From: Octopus sinensis | Lineage: Eukaryota | Assembly: GCF_006345805.1 (NCBI RefSeq) | Contig: NC_043001.1 | Span: 60,264,001 to 60,328,000 of the forward strand | Length of the DNA: 64,000 nucleotides | Reading direction: 5' to 3' | Part shown: positions 11,676-25,597 of the stretch, one piece after another | Layout of the letters: each line of letters begins with the position of its first letter | Position numbering within the stretch: the first letter of the stretch is position 1 | The notes under the pieces: generated by a model | Told to the model about the DNA's origin: nothing | The model's database searches: none | The model's input: only the letters and a program-made list of their open reading frames with translations | Made by a program: the position numbers and the translations under genes

Positions 11676-12400
11676 ATTTCTAAGTACATTCTTTATTTGA
11701 CAATAAATACTGGACTAGGAAGAATACAGCTGATGGCTTCGACATCGCTATGGGCTCTTGTGATTCGGTGCAAGTCACCGATATTTTAGGAATATATATA
11801 TATATTGCATACGTTTAATAGTGAATTCCCAGAAATAGATGGCGGCCTATATCGGGGCGATGTATTATTTATTACTAACACTCCTAATAACACAAAATTA
11901 GAAAATTATTAGAAAACGTTCATAAGTTCTTCAATAGTTTTGGTTTTAAAATTTCTGTTGAAAAGTAGCACAGCTCAGTAAACTTTCTAGATGTTTAATT
12001 TACTCACACGTAACCATGCACTATAACATAAACCCAACTGAAAGTTGACAAATATATATTTTGAAAGTAATCATCCTAAAACAAGCACAACTTGCTTAGT
12101 TAAAAATATTCAACTTAGAATTAATTACCTTTCATCTTGTGAAGAAAGAATTTTTTAATAGGAATAAGCATTATGTAAGGCAGGAGAAAAACAAGATTAA
12201 ATTTGAAAGACATAATGATAAGCCACAGACAAACAACCAGGTAAAGAAAGGCTTGATTATAATAAATACAAATCAATAAAAAATTACAGTAAAAAGAATA
12301 ATAATATAAATAAAGATAATTGCAATTATAACGAATTTTATCCCTAATTTTGTGGTTATAGAACCTTTCTAGCGTGTTGAATCCGATGAGTGGATTCTTT
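11676..12400 (+). mobile_element. Penelope-like RT, C-terminal part (forward arm)
   Basis: SLFDNKYWTRKNTADGFDIAMGSCDS..GLYRGD..VNFLDV..SNHP matches FDVTMGSYDG..GLYRDD..VNFLDV..SNHPP. Confidence 0.85.
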
Positions 12401-12519
12401 ATGTGTTTAAATGTACACTGTATTTTTATGACTAATACATAGTCTTTGGACTAAATTTTTACACGCTATGCCACTGGAAATGAAAATTTATGTTTATTTC
12501 CATTTCCCTTTGATATGAT

Positions 12520-12975
<456 letters not shown>

Positions 12976-14877
12976 TATTATATATATATATATATACACA
13001 GACATATATATATATATATATATATACATACATACATATATATATACATATGTATGAATGTATGTTTCAGTGGCTTGTGGCGACCTCTGCGATTGGTTAT
13101 GCAATCTTGCTTGCTGGTTTAGCTGAATCATTTTCATATTATTTCACTAAGAGGACGAATTTAGTTACGTAATTCGTGTCATGGTTCTAGACCATTACTC
13201 TGTCAAAGACAAATAAGCTGCCTTATCAGGCTACTCGCCAATTCCGCGAAAATAATTGACATTCACTTGAGTACTGATATTTACAGAACTTCGTACATTA
13301 AAAGACTATGTCTCTCGCACACAGGCGCGCGCACATTGAACATACACGCATATACATAAACACAAACACAATGAAAGACAGCGAAAATTCAACATTGTAG
13401 AAAGCCCTAAAAATACTAAAGGAAAACCTAGCGTCTCTATTCATTTGTTGAGAGTAGCAAAGATGTGAAATATCGCAACATGCAAGAAAAGAAATAAATG
13501 TATATTATACTTACCTAATGGCGGAAGAAAATTTGAAAGAATGTAAAAGAAAATTATCTATACAACATTATTTATATATAAACACACACGTCTTTCGATG
13601 TGTGTGTTCATATTTATGTGTGTATGTTTCAGTCATTTGGACAAATATATTGAAAATCCTTAAGAGATCTTATGAAAGTAATAGTGCACGTGTGTGTGTC
13701 TGTGAATGTGTGCGTGAAATTTAAATCAGTTTCAACAAAACGGAAAGATAATTTTAGCAAATCAATGAAAGATTACTTAGCTATATTTTATTTCTGGTTT
13801 CAGAATTTTTGAAAATTTGTTCAGTACAGAGGATGTTTAATGATAATAATTTCAAAACTTACAAGGCAACGAAATAAATATTCCAAAGTCGCTACAACAT
13901 TTGAGCAAATTAAGAATTATGGGAGTGTTGTTATGTTTTGTTCAGAATTTTTACGGGTCAAAATGGCAAACCCATTCAACTATTTAGCCTGTGGCGTTAG
14001 CGACATCGATTACAAAGAATTGTTGACAAAGAAGAATTGATAGAAAGAGTGGGGAGGGCAATCCAAAGCTGTATATAGCATTCATTTTTCTCAAAGCACG
14101 CTTTCCGTCGTTATTCCATTGAGATAAAAAAAAAGAAATATTTACAGATAAGCAGGAGCGAAATTGAAAGATAGGAAGGGGTGGACAAAAGATTTCAAAG
14201 CCTTTTTGTTTAAGCATGCCTACTGGAAGCAGAAGGGGAATACAGCAAAGTATCGAACCTGCGGTCCTCATCTATCTTATTCAGTATGGTTTTTACCACC
14301 AATTTTAATGCCTTTGAAAAAATATGTAAGTATTATCTTTTTGTGCAAGCCGGCTCTGATGATATCTAGTTATACCGTGGTATTTGTACATCTAGAGCGC
14401 TTAACTTGGTTCGAATCCTGCGGATCTGAAACACTTTTCACATAATGACCAGATTGAAATATGTGTAGGCACTTGTTATGTTTTGCCGTTAATTTAGGTT
14501 TCTTTTAATTAATTATATATAAGGTTTTCTTCTTTACTTCAAAAATAATTTAGTTTAATGCATCACAGTGTGTATGAGAAATGAAGCCAACATAATAAAC
14601 GTAAGCACACAAACATGCAGAATCACGTGTGCACAAACATATATATTTGAGTAAATAAGAAAACTATTTCTATAGTTGATATTTTGCTAATAAAGCTTTT
14701 ATTTCCACATCTTGCACTTTGAGGTTTGATTTGTCATTAAAATACTCGTGTAGTCATTGCCGCCACCACATTTAGCATATTATTACAGGGACAAAACAAC
14801 TATTGTAGTTTTTATAAATATGTCACTTTACTTTAGAGTTTTCATTTCCTGTATTGAGCGAGAAGCATGCAGGCCTG

Positions 14878-15010
14878 ATGTATGTATGTATGTATGTATG
14901 TATGTATGTATGTATGTATGTATGTATGTATGTATACATGTATGTATACATGTATGTATGTATGTATGTATACATGTATGTATGTATGTTTGTATGTATG
15001 TATATATGTA
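14878..15010. repeat. (TATG)n microsatellite
   Basis: Seen directly. Confidence 0.97.
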
Positions 15011-15874
15011 TTAAAGCTTTCCACTCGACTGATACTTTGTCCTCTAGCGTACATATTAATTGGTTCTAATACCAGGCTTTAAGTATAGCTATGCTTCTGC
15101 GAAATAATAATTTCTTTCTTACTTCTTTCCTATTTACCCAAGGTGTATTGACGAGAAAATTTTCTCTCTTGCCTATACATCGCAGACTGTTCACGAACTA
15201 GCAGTACATATAATTATGTATGTGTGTTCGATATTATTTATATTCATCAGACTGCTTCTCATTCATAATTAATTTTTTCCGTGGAATAAAACTTAGACAC
15301 ATACCAGCGATTTAGCTTACATATGCCTCCTTTTAGGTACGTGACATTGATAAGTCAAAGAGATGACGAAACCTCCTGCAGATGGACCTGGTGTGAGTTA
15401 TCTCGCTTGTATTTAACTTCTAATTGTCTTTACACAGGGCGTATTGAAGCAAACATTTTCTGTCATGCTTATAAATCGCAGCCTACTCACGAACTGACCA
15501 CACATACACGTTATGTATGTGTGTATTTGATATTGTTTATATTCCACGGGCTGCCTTTCATTCATATGTGGCATCTCAGGGCGACTACAGTACCAGGGAT
15601 TGTGAGATCTCTAGGAATGATAAAAAGGCTTACGATCCCTACAGGAAGTGCAAAAAATCGTGTTGAATGGAACGGTTCATGTAGTGAGAAGTGCATTATC
15701 GCTGTGAAAACAACATCCATTCATGAATTTATTTATTCATTGCATTTTTAAATACATATTTTACCTGTGAATTTGCGTGTGTAATCTGGGAATGCATACA
15801 ATGAGCTTCTCTGCCCTAGGTGTACGGAAAACGCTCAGCGAGAAACGGAAGAAAATTTGAAGATAGAAAGAAAA

Positions 15875-16213
<339 letters not shown>

Positions 16214-16215
<2 letters not shown>

Positions 16216-16771
16216 GCCCTGATGCAGAACCAGGCAGCGGCTCTCATGATCTCTCTGATCTTAACTGATTGGAAGTGTTATCATGTACATTGTTTTGTCT
16301 TGGTATAAAAGATGGGCTACAGCAAATATTCTGCTCAATACCACAGATTTGCTTGTCAGTTGTTTGACCTTAACCAGTTGACCATGTCCCTCAGTGAATG
16401 ACGATATGTGCATCTCTGATCATGAGCAGAAGTAGTGGGGGAGCATCATAGCCATGTGTTGAGAGGGATTCTTTGGGGTTTGAATAATTCACCTCTGGAA
16501 ACATGGGTGTTTCATTCAACATCCTTAAACAACATTTATTCAGGGACCTTTTGAGTAGGATGGGCTACTCGACCTGAAGAAAATTCTAACCGGGCCCCAC
16601 CTGCAGGGTCATGCGCTGTTTATCTTGATATGAGATCACCATGTCGCGCACATATGGTTGTGATGCATGTGCCTAGTGTATCCTTATCAGACGGGTAGTC
16701 ATGATGGGTATACTGGGCTTCGTATATTTGACCCCAGTGTCACTTTGATGGCATGCACTGCTCTCTCACTC
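16214..16771 (+). mobile_element. Element A copy 3, full length, TAA-flanked
   Basis: Same termini as 867-1423. Confidence 0.85.
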
Positions 16772-16984
16772 AATAATAATAATGATAATAATGATAATAA
16801 TAATATAAACAATGATAATAACAATATCAATAATATAAATGATAAAAATAAAATTGTGAAAAGTGAGGAAATTTGTCAAAGACTAGTAAGAAACAACCCT
16901 GACTTACATAACAATATAATTATAGATAAGGGAAATAACACTAATGCTAATAATAACTCTAGTAATGAAAATTAAAACAGCGTG

Positions 16985-17420
16985 TTTCTAACTAATACTA
17001 ATATAAGGAATCATCCACCCAGTTGTAATTTTATAATTAGATCAAAATGTCCGGTATCTGGTCATTGTCTGGTTCAAAATGTAATTTATAAATGTACAAT
17101 AATAACTTTAAATAATAGCTATCTTTATTTCGGATGTTCGATGGTTCTAAAGAAACGTTTGAACAATCATTTTTCTTCTTTTAGACTCAAACAAAAGGTG
17201 GGTTGCATAACGCTGTCCAGTAAAATTTGGGAACTGAAAGAAAAAATATAGAATTTAACGTAAAATGGGATATAATAAGAAAGGCACAGCCTTATAAAAA
17301 ATAGTAGGGATAGATGTGAACTTTGTTTTATGGAGACATATGAAATTTTGAAACATAGGAATAATACAAACTTATTGAATAACCGTTCTGAACTGGGATT
17401 ATCCTGTATATATTGTGCAA
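16985..17420 (+). mobile_element. Penelope-like GIY-YIG endonuclease remnant
   Basis: CNFIIRSKCPVSGHCLVQNVIYKC..YLYFG..RLNNHFSSFR..TLSSKIWELKEK..KWDII..CELCFME..LLNNRSEL. Confidence 0.88.
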
Positions 17421-18439
17421 CAGTACTTTTAAGTATTTTAAATAATAACATTCTGACCATTCCTAAATTCTCAAATCTTAATATTTTGTAACCAAATAAG
17501 GAATTAGTATACCATACTAGCTGTTATTTAACCTACATAGATTACTAAGAAATTTCATTATATAAATAAATTTGAATATTTGATACTCTCCCATATGGGA
17601 TTACAAAAAATTCTATATATCTAGGGAAACTACTTTTTAATATATCTTATTGACTCCTGATATATGTGCTAAATGGATAAGGGTTTTTTCCACAGTTAGT
17701 AAATATGTCTAACATATTCTTTTAATTCAACTCATTAATAAAATAAATTTACTAACTAATTATGATTCTATATTGATAGAAATAGATATATATGTATATA
17801 TTTATATAGATATGAAATGATTTCGATATTTTCTATCCCTATATAATATATTAATATTTATTAAAACCCTTTAGAAAATCATGTAAAGGATATTTATTTA
17901 AAATTCACAATATAGAATTTGGCTGTTAAATGGTAAGGCACATTGAAAACTTCTAGAGCATTAGTAGTCTCTATTCTCCCTACCCCACTAACTTAAGCCC
18001 TAAACTGAATTCCTCAAAATGAGGATGGGTTTATGGTTTTGACATTTGTACTACCCTTTCTCTATCTATAAATAGAAACAAATCTTGTTTGTCTCCATTC
18101 AACCAAGAATTTAAAAAAACTCCCCACTGATAGATCTAAATAACAAAGTGAACCCAATGATAAAATCTACAGACGGAGAACGAACATACTACCATCATCC
18201 TTTTAAAGATGAAATTAACCATTCTGTCTATATATCTACCCTCTTTATGATGCTGGCAAACGAAATAAGTAAAAGAATGTGCATTGCCCATCCAATTGAA
18301 TAAATTCTATATGTGGTTGAAGATTGCTCCGCATTTTACAACCGATGTAATACTTACAGTGTTTAATAAAATGAAGTAGCATGAAACAATTGTACTACTC
18401 TACCTTGGATATCCTTGTTGCTTATTTTGATTATATATA

Positions 18440-18479
<40 letters not shown>

Positions 18480-19560
18480 CGAATTTGTGTGAGTGGAACA
18501 CGTAAAATTCAGTCTACATGTTTCCTACATATGTGATATAATAATATAATAATTACTCAATGACAAGTACTGATTAGACTGAAGATGCATTAATTATTCG
18601 AGATTTCCATTGTAGTTGACTCTAAGTTAACTCGCCAAAAATATATAACATATATCATATATATAATAGCATATATACTATGCGTACATATGCTTGTATG
18701 TATATATATATATATGTGTGTGTGTGTGCACATATGTATATCTATCTCTCTCTATATATATATTAGTCATGTATATTACACATTTATATATGCATATAAT
18801 ATGTACAAATAAGGCATGCATTCGTTCATACATACATACACACAAATACATACATACACTGACTTATGAGTTGGATAACTTAAAATTTGCGTGAATGAAA
18901 ATCAGTAATCACTGATATCTGTATATGATAGGATAACTTCCAATAAAGGAGCATTATGTTATTTAATCCCAATATTGATTATATATCATGTATTTATCCT
19001 GCGTGTATTCACTAGGAATACGTTATGCTCCCATCAATAGAAGATTGTACTTCATTGATTAATGACACTGCCAGCAGTGATATGAACATGGATAATATAT
19101 TATTGGCATATCTGTTTACTTTAATAACTGAGAAATGTATGAAAGATATCTCTTTTGAAATTATACAATGCACTAATTTATTTGTGGGTAGGTTGCAAAT
19201 TTATTGCTTTGTCACTTTGGTTTTGTATGTTTTTGTTCCTCTTGGTACCATTACTAGATTGTATGTTATGATTGCGAGAAAACTTTTCAACTGCAATCGG
19301 TGAAAATGTATAAAGAATTTCCTGTTCCTAGCAGCACTTCGAAGCGAAATGTAACCTCAGATGATAAGTAACTACATATGTACAATGTGTAATTTGAGCA
19401 AACACACACCTTTGGTACTTATACTTTATCTACAAGGACAGAATGACAGCAATATATCTGTCTATTAAACTGTAACAACGTTTTTTATGAAACATATTTC
19501 GATATTAGTTCATTGATCAAGAAAGTTATAAGAAACCGTTTCCAATGAGATCCTGGATTC

Positions 19561-19600
<40 letters not shown>

Positions 19601-19626
19601 TTGCGTGTGTATATATATGTATGTAT

Positions 19627-19657
<31 letters not shown>

Positions 19658-19697
19658 CACACACACACACGCACACACACACACACATATATATAAG

Positions 19698-19992
19698 AAA
19701 ACACCATCCGAGCGTGGCCGTCAGCCAGCCTCGTCTAGCACCTGTGTCGGTGGCACATAAAAAACACCATCCGAGCGTGGCCGTCTGCCAGCCTCGTTTG
19801 GCACCTGTGTCGGTGGCACATAAAATCACCCACTACACTCTCGGAGTGGTTGGCGTTAGGAAGGGCATCCAGCTGTAGAAACACTGCCAGATCTGACTGG
19901 CCTGGTGCAGCCTTCGGGCTTGCCAGACCCCAGTTGAACCGTCCAACCCATGCTAGCATGGAAAGCGGACGTTAAACGATGATGATGATGAT
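19698..19992 (+). mobile_element. SINE 3' portion with two 63-bp internal tandem units and (GAT)n tail
   Basis: aaaacaccatccgagcgtggccg.. at 19698 and 19761, then ggttggcgttaggaagggcatccagctgtag..gttaaacgatgatgat. Confidence 0.8.
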
Positions 19993-19997
19993 ATATA

Positions 19998-20048
<51 letters not shown>

Positions 20049-21228
20049 TACATAAATGTGCAACAAGGTGGAAAAATAGTACTCTAATAGTTTATTAATA
20101 AAATGTCAAAGATATCACAAAAACGGTTCGTCGGACAATTTTGTTTGAAAATGGAACGAAGTATGGTTATATTCATAAATATGCATTAATGTAGGTAGAT
20201 ACACGTCTAAAAATGGAGTTGCTTCATTGGTCCTTTCAACTAACAGTGTTTTCAATAACCGGTTATATGAAATTAAAATTACGATTTAAAATCATATTAT
20301 TGTAGAAATCGTAGAAAACCTTAACTCAAAGTTTAGATTTGGTAAAAGGGGAAAAACCTGTATGCCCAGGGTAAATTAATTAACGGTAAAATAAATTTAA
20401 AGAAATTAAGGAGATATGTTCGCTTAACATAAAAACGTTTTCATAGAACTAACATCATAAAAATTCATATACATTCAGTAATACATACACATACCAAACA
20501 AAAAGCTATATATACATATATACATTAAAGATATAAACGTTGATAAATGCCTACATACATATTCAATTATATACAGGCAAAACATAAATATATACAAATG
20601 CATATATTGGTATCCTCATGCATACTTATACGCACATAATATTTCTCCATATGCATTTCAAATATACAACTTAGTTGTTATAAACTTGAGAAAGTAAACG
20701 AAAATAAAATCAGAGAATAATAATTGGGTGAGAAAGAAAAAGAAAAAGAAGCGGTAGAAGAAAGAAAAAGGAAAGAGAAAGTGAAAGACAAAAATAGATA
20801 GATGCATAGATAGATAAATAGATAGAACGATAAATAGATAGAGAGAGAGATGATTTGAAAGTTTGCATACTTAAAAAGAGGAACAAATGTTAGATACTTC
20901 AGTAAGCTTACAAATGCACACATAAACATTCATGCATATCTACATAAATGCATACATATGTGCGATAGTAACACACATCCAGACGCATAAAAATATAGAA
21001 ATAAACATACTCACACACACACACACATATATGTATTTCACATCAATATATATAAGTGGGATGACCACTAAGTGGACATCCATTACGCTAGAAGTAGACC
21101 CCCTATGGTCTTACCACTAAAACACGATTGTTATCAAGAGAAACTGAGCAAACGTTTGGCGTTTGCTAAATATTTTAATATTCTATAAACCAGATGTGTT
21201 TTAAATATATTTATATGCGTATATTCGT

Positions 21229-21317
<89 letters not shown>

Positions 21318-21654
21318 TATAAACATATATATATATATATTAATATAGAATATTTTAATATGAAAATAAGTTTAAAAAATGACTAAAAATTTAACGTCAT
21401 CTTTTAAATTTACAAAAAAAATCGAAGGCTTTCTTAACAGTCGAATGTAATATTTGAAAGGGAAATATACACCAACATTGTAATTCTAAAAGAGGTCTAC
21501 ATCTTAGATGTAAACGACAAATTTCAATGAGAAAGTTAAAAGAATTTATTGTAAGTCAAATAATTTTACGCATACGTTATTTATTCAGTTGATATTTTAA
21601 CTCTCAGTAACAATTTTTCTGATGTCTTTGCCACTATATTAATAAAGTATATAT

Positions 21655-21719
<65 letters not shown>

Positions 21720-21720
<1 letters not shown>

Positions 21721-21902
21721 ATTATAAATTAGGGTATCTACGAGATACCACCATGCTGAAAATAGCAGCCATGAACCGATTCTAAAACCACCTTAAGTTT
21801 TCATATAGCGCTGCTATATGAAAACTTAAGGTGGTTTTCGAGTCGGTTCATGACTGCTATTTTCAGCATGGTGGTATCTCGTAGATACCCTAATTTATAA
21901 TT
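21720..21902. repeat. 183-bp foldback (90-bp arms, 3-nt loop, 3 mismatches)
   Basis: Arms 21720-21809 and 21813-21902 compared by hand. Confidence 0.92.
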
Positions 21903-22321
21903 ATAATTTTAATAATTATTACCTTTGAAGGTTATTTTTTCCAAGCTGACCACTTGATAAGTTCCTTGTTTTATTTTAAATTAACGATCTTTTGCAAAAT
22001 AGTGGTTTTGTCTCAAATAATATTTTATATATATATATATATATATTTCAACAATTGAGGGTAAAATTAATTAATTAATTAATCAATTTCACCAAGTATT
22101 CAGTATGCAAAGGGACCATTTAAGGCAAATTCAAATTATTACATTATATAAAAGGGCTTAGTAAAATAAATTACTTTGCCGCATACTGAACTCGTTAGAA
22201 ATAGCAGCTAAAAAAACTATTTCTAACACTTAAAGAAAACCTCTCTCATATAGTGCTTGCTCAATTCAACCCAAGAAAGTATGAGGGTAGAGACATTAAA
22301 AAATCAAATGCAAAGGTTATT

Positions 22322-22374
22322 TGAGTACGTACGTTTCAAGATTAGCCAAATTCGACCCTTCTTTCATCAGCTCA
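22322..22374 (-). ncRNA. Minimal type-I hammerhead ribozyme, array unit 1
   Basis: tgag-CTGATGA-aaga(18 nt)tctt-GAAA-c(gtac)g-TA-ctca. Confidence 0.88.
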
Positions 22375-22871
22375 GAATGCCCTTGTTTGAGTTTGAAAAC
22401 ACTGAAAATGGGAGCATACCCTTTCGGCTTGTTATCGCTTCTGAAGATCTGTTCCCAACTAACAGTGCTAGCTAACTCAATATGCAAGAGAAAAATTCTG
22501 TTCTCCCCTTTCCACCAGCGTGGGTTAAAATCAGCAAACACTATGCTTTTTTTCGGTAAAATCCAAGACAATTAAGTAGAGAGAGATGAATTATAATTTC
22601 AACAATTGAGGGTAAAATTAATTAATTAATTAATCATTTCACCAAGTATTCAGTATGCAAAGGGACCATTTAAGGCAAATTCAAATTATTACATTATATA
22701 AAAGGGCTTAGTAAAATAAATTACTTTGCCGCATACTGAACTCGTTAGAAATAGCAGCTAAAAAAACTATTTCTAACACTTAAAGAAAACCTCTCTCATA
22801 TAGTGCTTGCTCAATTCAACCCAAGAAAGTATGAGGGTAGAGACATTAAAAAATCAAATGCAAAGGTTATT

Positions 22872-22924
22872 TGAGTACGTACGTTTCAAGATTAGCCAAA
22901 TTCGACCCTTCTCTCATCAGCTCA
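22872..22924 (-). ncRNA. Minimal type-I hammerhead ribozyme, array unit 2
   Basis: As unit 1, but stem II is gaga/tctt (G-U). Confidence 0.88.
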
Positions 22925-23420
22925 GAATGCCCTTGTTTGAGTTTGAAAACACTGAAAATGGGAGCATACCCTTTCGGCTTGTTATCGCTTCTGAAGATCT
23001 GTTCCCAACTAACAGTGCTAGCTAACTCAATATGCAAGAGAAAAATTTCTGTTCTCCCCTTTCCACCAGCGTGGGTTAAAATCAGCAAACACTATGCTTT
23101 TTTTCGGTAAAATCCAAGACAATTAAGTAGAGAGAGATGATTATAATTTCAACAATTGAGGGTAAAATTAATTAATTAATTAATCAATTTCACCAAGTAT
23201 TCAGTATGCAAAGGGACCATTTAAGGCAAATTCAAATTATTACATTATATAAAAGGGCTTAGTAAAATAAATTACTTGCCGCATACTGAACTCGTTAGAA
23301 ATAGCAGCTAAAAAAACTATTTCTAACACTTAAAGAAAACCTCTCTCATATAGTGCTTGCTCAATTCAACCCAAGAAATATGAGGGTAGAGACATTAAAA
23401 AATCAAATGCAAAGGTTATT

Positions 23421-23473
23421 TGAGTACGTACGTTTCAAGATTAGCCAAATTCGACCCTTCTCTCATCAGCTCA
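23421..23473 (-). ncRNA. Minimal type-I hammerhead ribozyme, array unit 3
   Basis: Identical to unit 2. Confidence 0.88.
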
Positions 23474-23920
23474 GAATGCCCTTGTTTGAGTTTGAAAACA
23501 CTGAAAATGGGAGCATACCCTTTCGGCTTGTTATCGCTTCTGAAGATCTGTTCCCAACTAACAGTGCTAGCTAACTCAAATATGCAAGAGAAAAATTTCT
23601 GTTCTCCCCTTTCCACCAGCGTGGGTTAAAATCAGCAAACACTATGCTTTTTTTCGGTAAAATCCAAGACAATTAAGTAGAGAGAGATGAATTATAATTT
23701 CAACAATTGAGGGTAAAATTAATTAATTAATTAATCAATTTCACCAAGTATTCAGTATGCAAAGGGACCATTTAAGGCAAATTCAAATTATTACATTATA
23801 TAAAAGGGCTTAGTAAAATAAGTATATGAGAGAGGTTTTCTTTAAGTGTTAGAAATAGTTTTTTTAGCTGCTATTTCTAACGAGTTCAGTATGCGGCAAA
23901 GTAATTTATTTTACTAAGCC

Positions 23921-23982
<62 letters not shown>

Positions 23983-24590
23983 AATAGTAAAATAATTTTA
24001 TAAAGAACATTTCAGTACCGGTTTCGGTCATTTGAAACCTTTTCAACTGTAACAATTAAATAATTAAATTTAGAAAAATTAAAAGATAAGTTTTTTTAAA
24101 AGAATATTTGTAAAGTGTTCAAATATAAGTGGCATTTTCCTTGTTTCTGCTTTTCTCTGTCACTCTTGTTTACTTTTGTGGGTTCAAGGTCCATGTAAAT
24201 TCTTGGTAGGGAAGAAGAAGAAGGAGGCGGCGGAGGAGGAGGGTTAGGGTTAGGAAGAATTTGGGATTGCCTTGATTGTCGTTGGTCAGTGGTTGCTAGT
24301 AGTTCCTGCTGTTCAATTCATGAAAATATTTCTATTGAAGGTTTGTTTATGGAATTTGCGTAGGTGTTATACTAAAACGCATTAGTGATGAAGCTAGGAA
24401 GAAGAGGGGAAGAAGAAGAAGTAGAAGAAGAAGAAGAAGAAGATGATGATGATGACGATGATGATAATGAAGAAGAAGAAAAAGAAGAAGAAGAAAAAGA
24501 AGAAGAAGAAAAAGAAGAAGGAGAAGAAAAAAAGAAGAAGAAGAAAGGGAAGGGAGAATATGAATCCGTGGAAGTAGTGGGATGCTGGAT

Positions 24591-24656
<66 letters not shown>

Positions 24657-24658
<2 letters not shown>

Positions 24659-25597
24659 CAGTAACAATAAAGGGTGAAATTAATTAATTTGGAATAATTA
24701 TTAATTACACCAAGTAGATTTCGGCATGTAAAAGCCTCATTCGAGGAAAATTAAGTAATACTAAGCAATTAAGGGTTTAGCAACGAATTGCCTCACCACA
24801 CACCGAATTTAGAAATAGCAGTCAAAGAGTTATAGCTATTCTTTCTACTAAAAGGGAGATCTCAGTAAAAACACAGCACTTGAAAGGCAAACACAGACAG
24901 GTAAGAAAGAATGAAATGACGGCAATCTATCATACAATTTTAAGTTACCTACGGACGTACGTTTCGAAATAAAGTTTTAGATTTCGGCATGTAAAAGCCT
25001 CATTCGATGAAAATTTAAGTAATACTAAGCAATTAAGGGTTTAGCAACGAATTGCCTCACCACACACCGAATTTAGAAATAGCAATTTAGAAATTAATTT
25101 CACCCTTTATTGTTACTGATAACCATATTTTATCCCAGTAAATGACCACAGCATCTTGTCTTGGCTACACGCGGGTGGAAAGGGGCTGGTGACACAAACT
25201 TTCATTCACACTTTGAATTTCGTGGTACTGGTAATGCTTTGGCTCGCTCTGACACTGAGTTGAGATAATGCTTTCTAGTATCTCAAAATTTAATATACAA
25301 TTATTCATAATTGTAGTATCCTACGCTGATGAGAAAATAAGTTTGGGTAAGGTAGAATTTTCTAATTCTTATGCTTTCCTAAAACTTGATTTCGAAACGT
25401 ACGTCCGTAGGTAACTTAAAATTGTATGATAGATTGCCGTCATTTCATTCTTTCTTACCTGTCTGTGTTTGCCTTTCAAGTGCTGTGTTTTTACTGAGAT
25501 CTCCCTTTTAGTAGAAAGAATAGCTATAACTCTTTGACTGCTATTTCTAAATTCGGTGTGAGGTGAGGCAATTCGTTGCTAAACCCTTAATTGCTTA

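Larger units (their letters stand above)
22045..23926 (-). mobile_element. Tandem array of ~550-bp HHR-containing units (3 full + 1 partial) ending in an inverted partial unit; retrozyme-like / PLE-related
   Basis: Units start at 22045, 22596, 23146, 23697; inverted segment 23823-23926; (TA)n on both sides. Confidence 0.9.

Noticed and set aside
17650-17715. HHR remnant after the 17-kb PLE
   Set aside because: CTGATAT and a possible stem II are present, but no GAAA, stem III or stem I partner.
21225-21345. Phase shifts and interruptions in long (TA)n tracts as a coded pattern
   Set aside because: More simply slippage or long-read consensus error.
22257-23629. 72-84 aa ORFs repeated in each array unit
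   Set aside because: Non-ATG or weak starts, unit-to-unit frameshifts, overlap with the HHR, and no recognisable motif.
22045-23820. Array as CRISPR or centromeric satellite
   Set aside because: No repeat-spacer alternation, only ~3 units, eukaryotic context.
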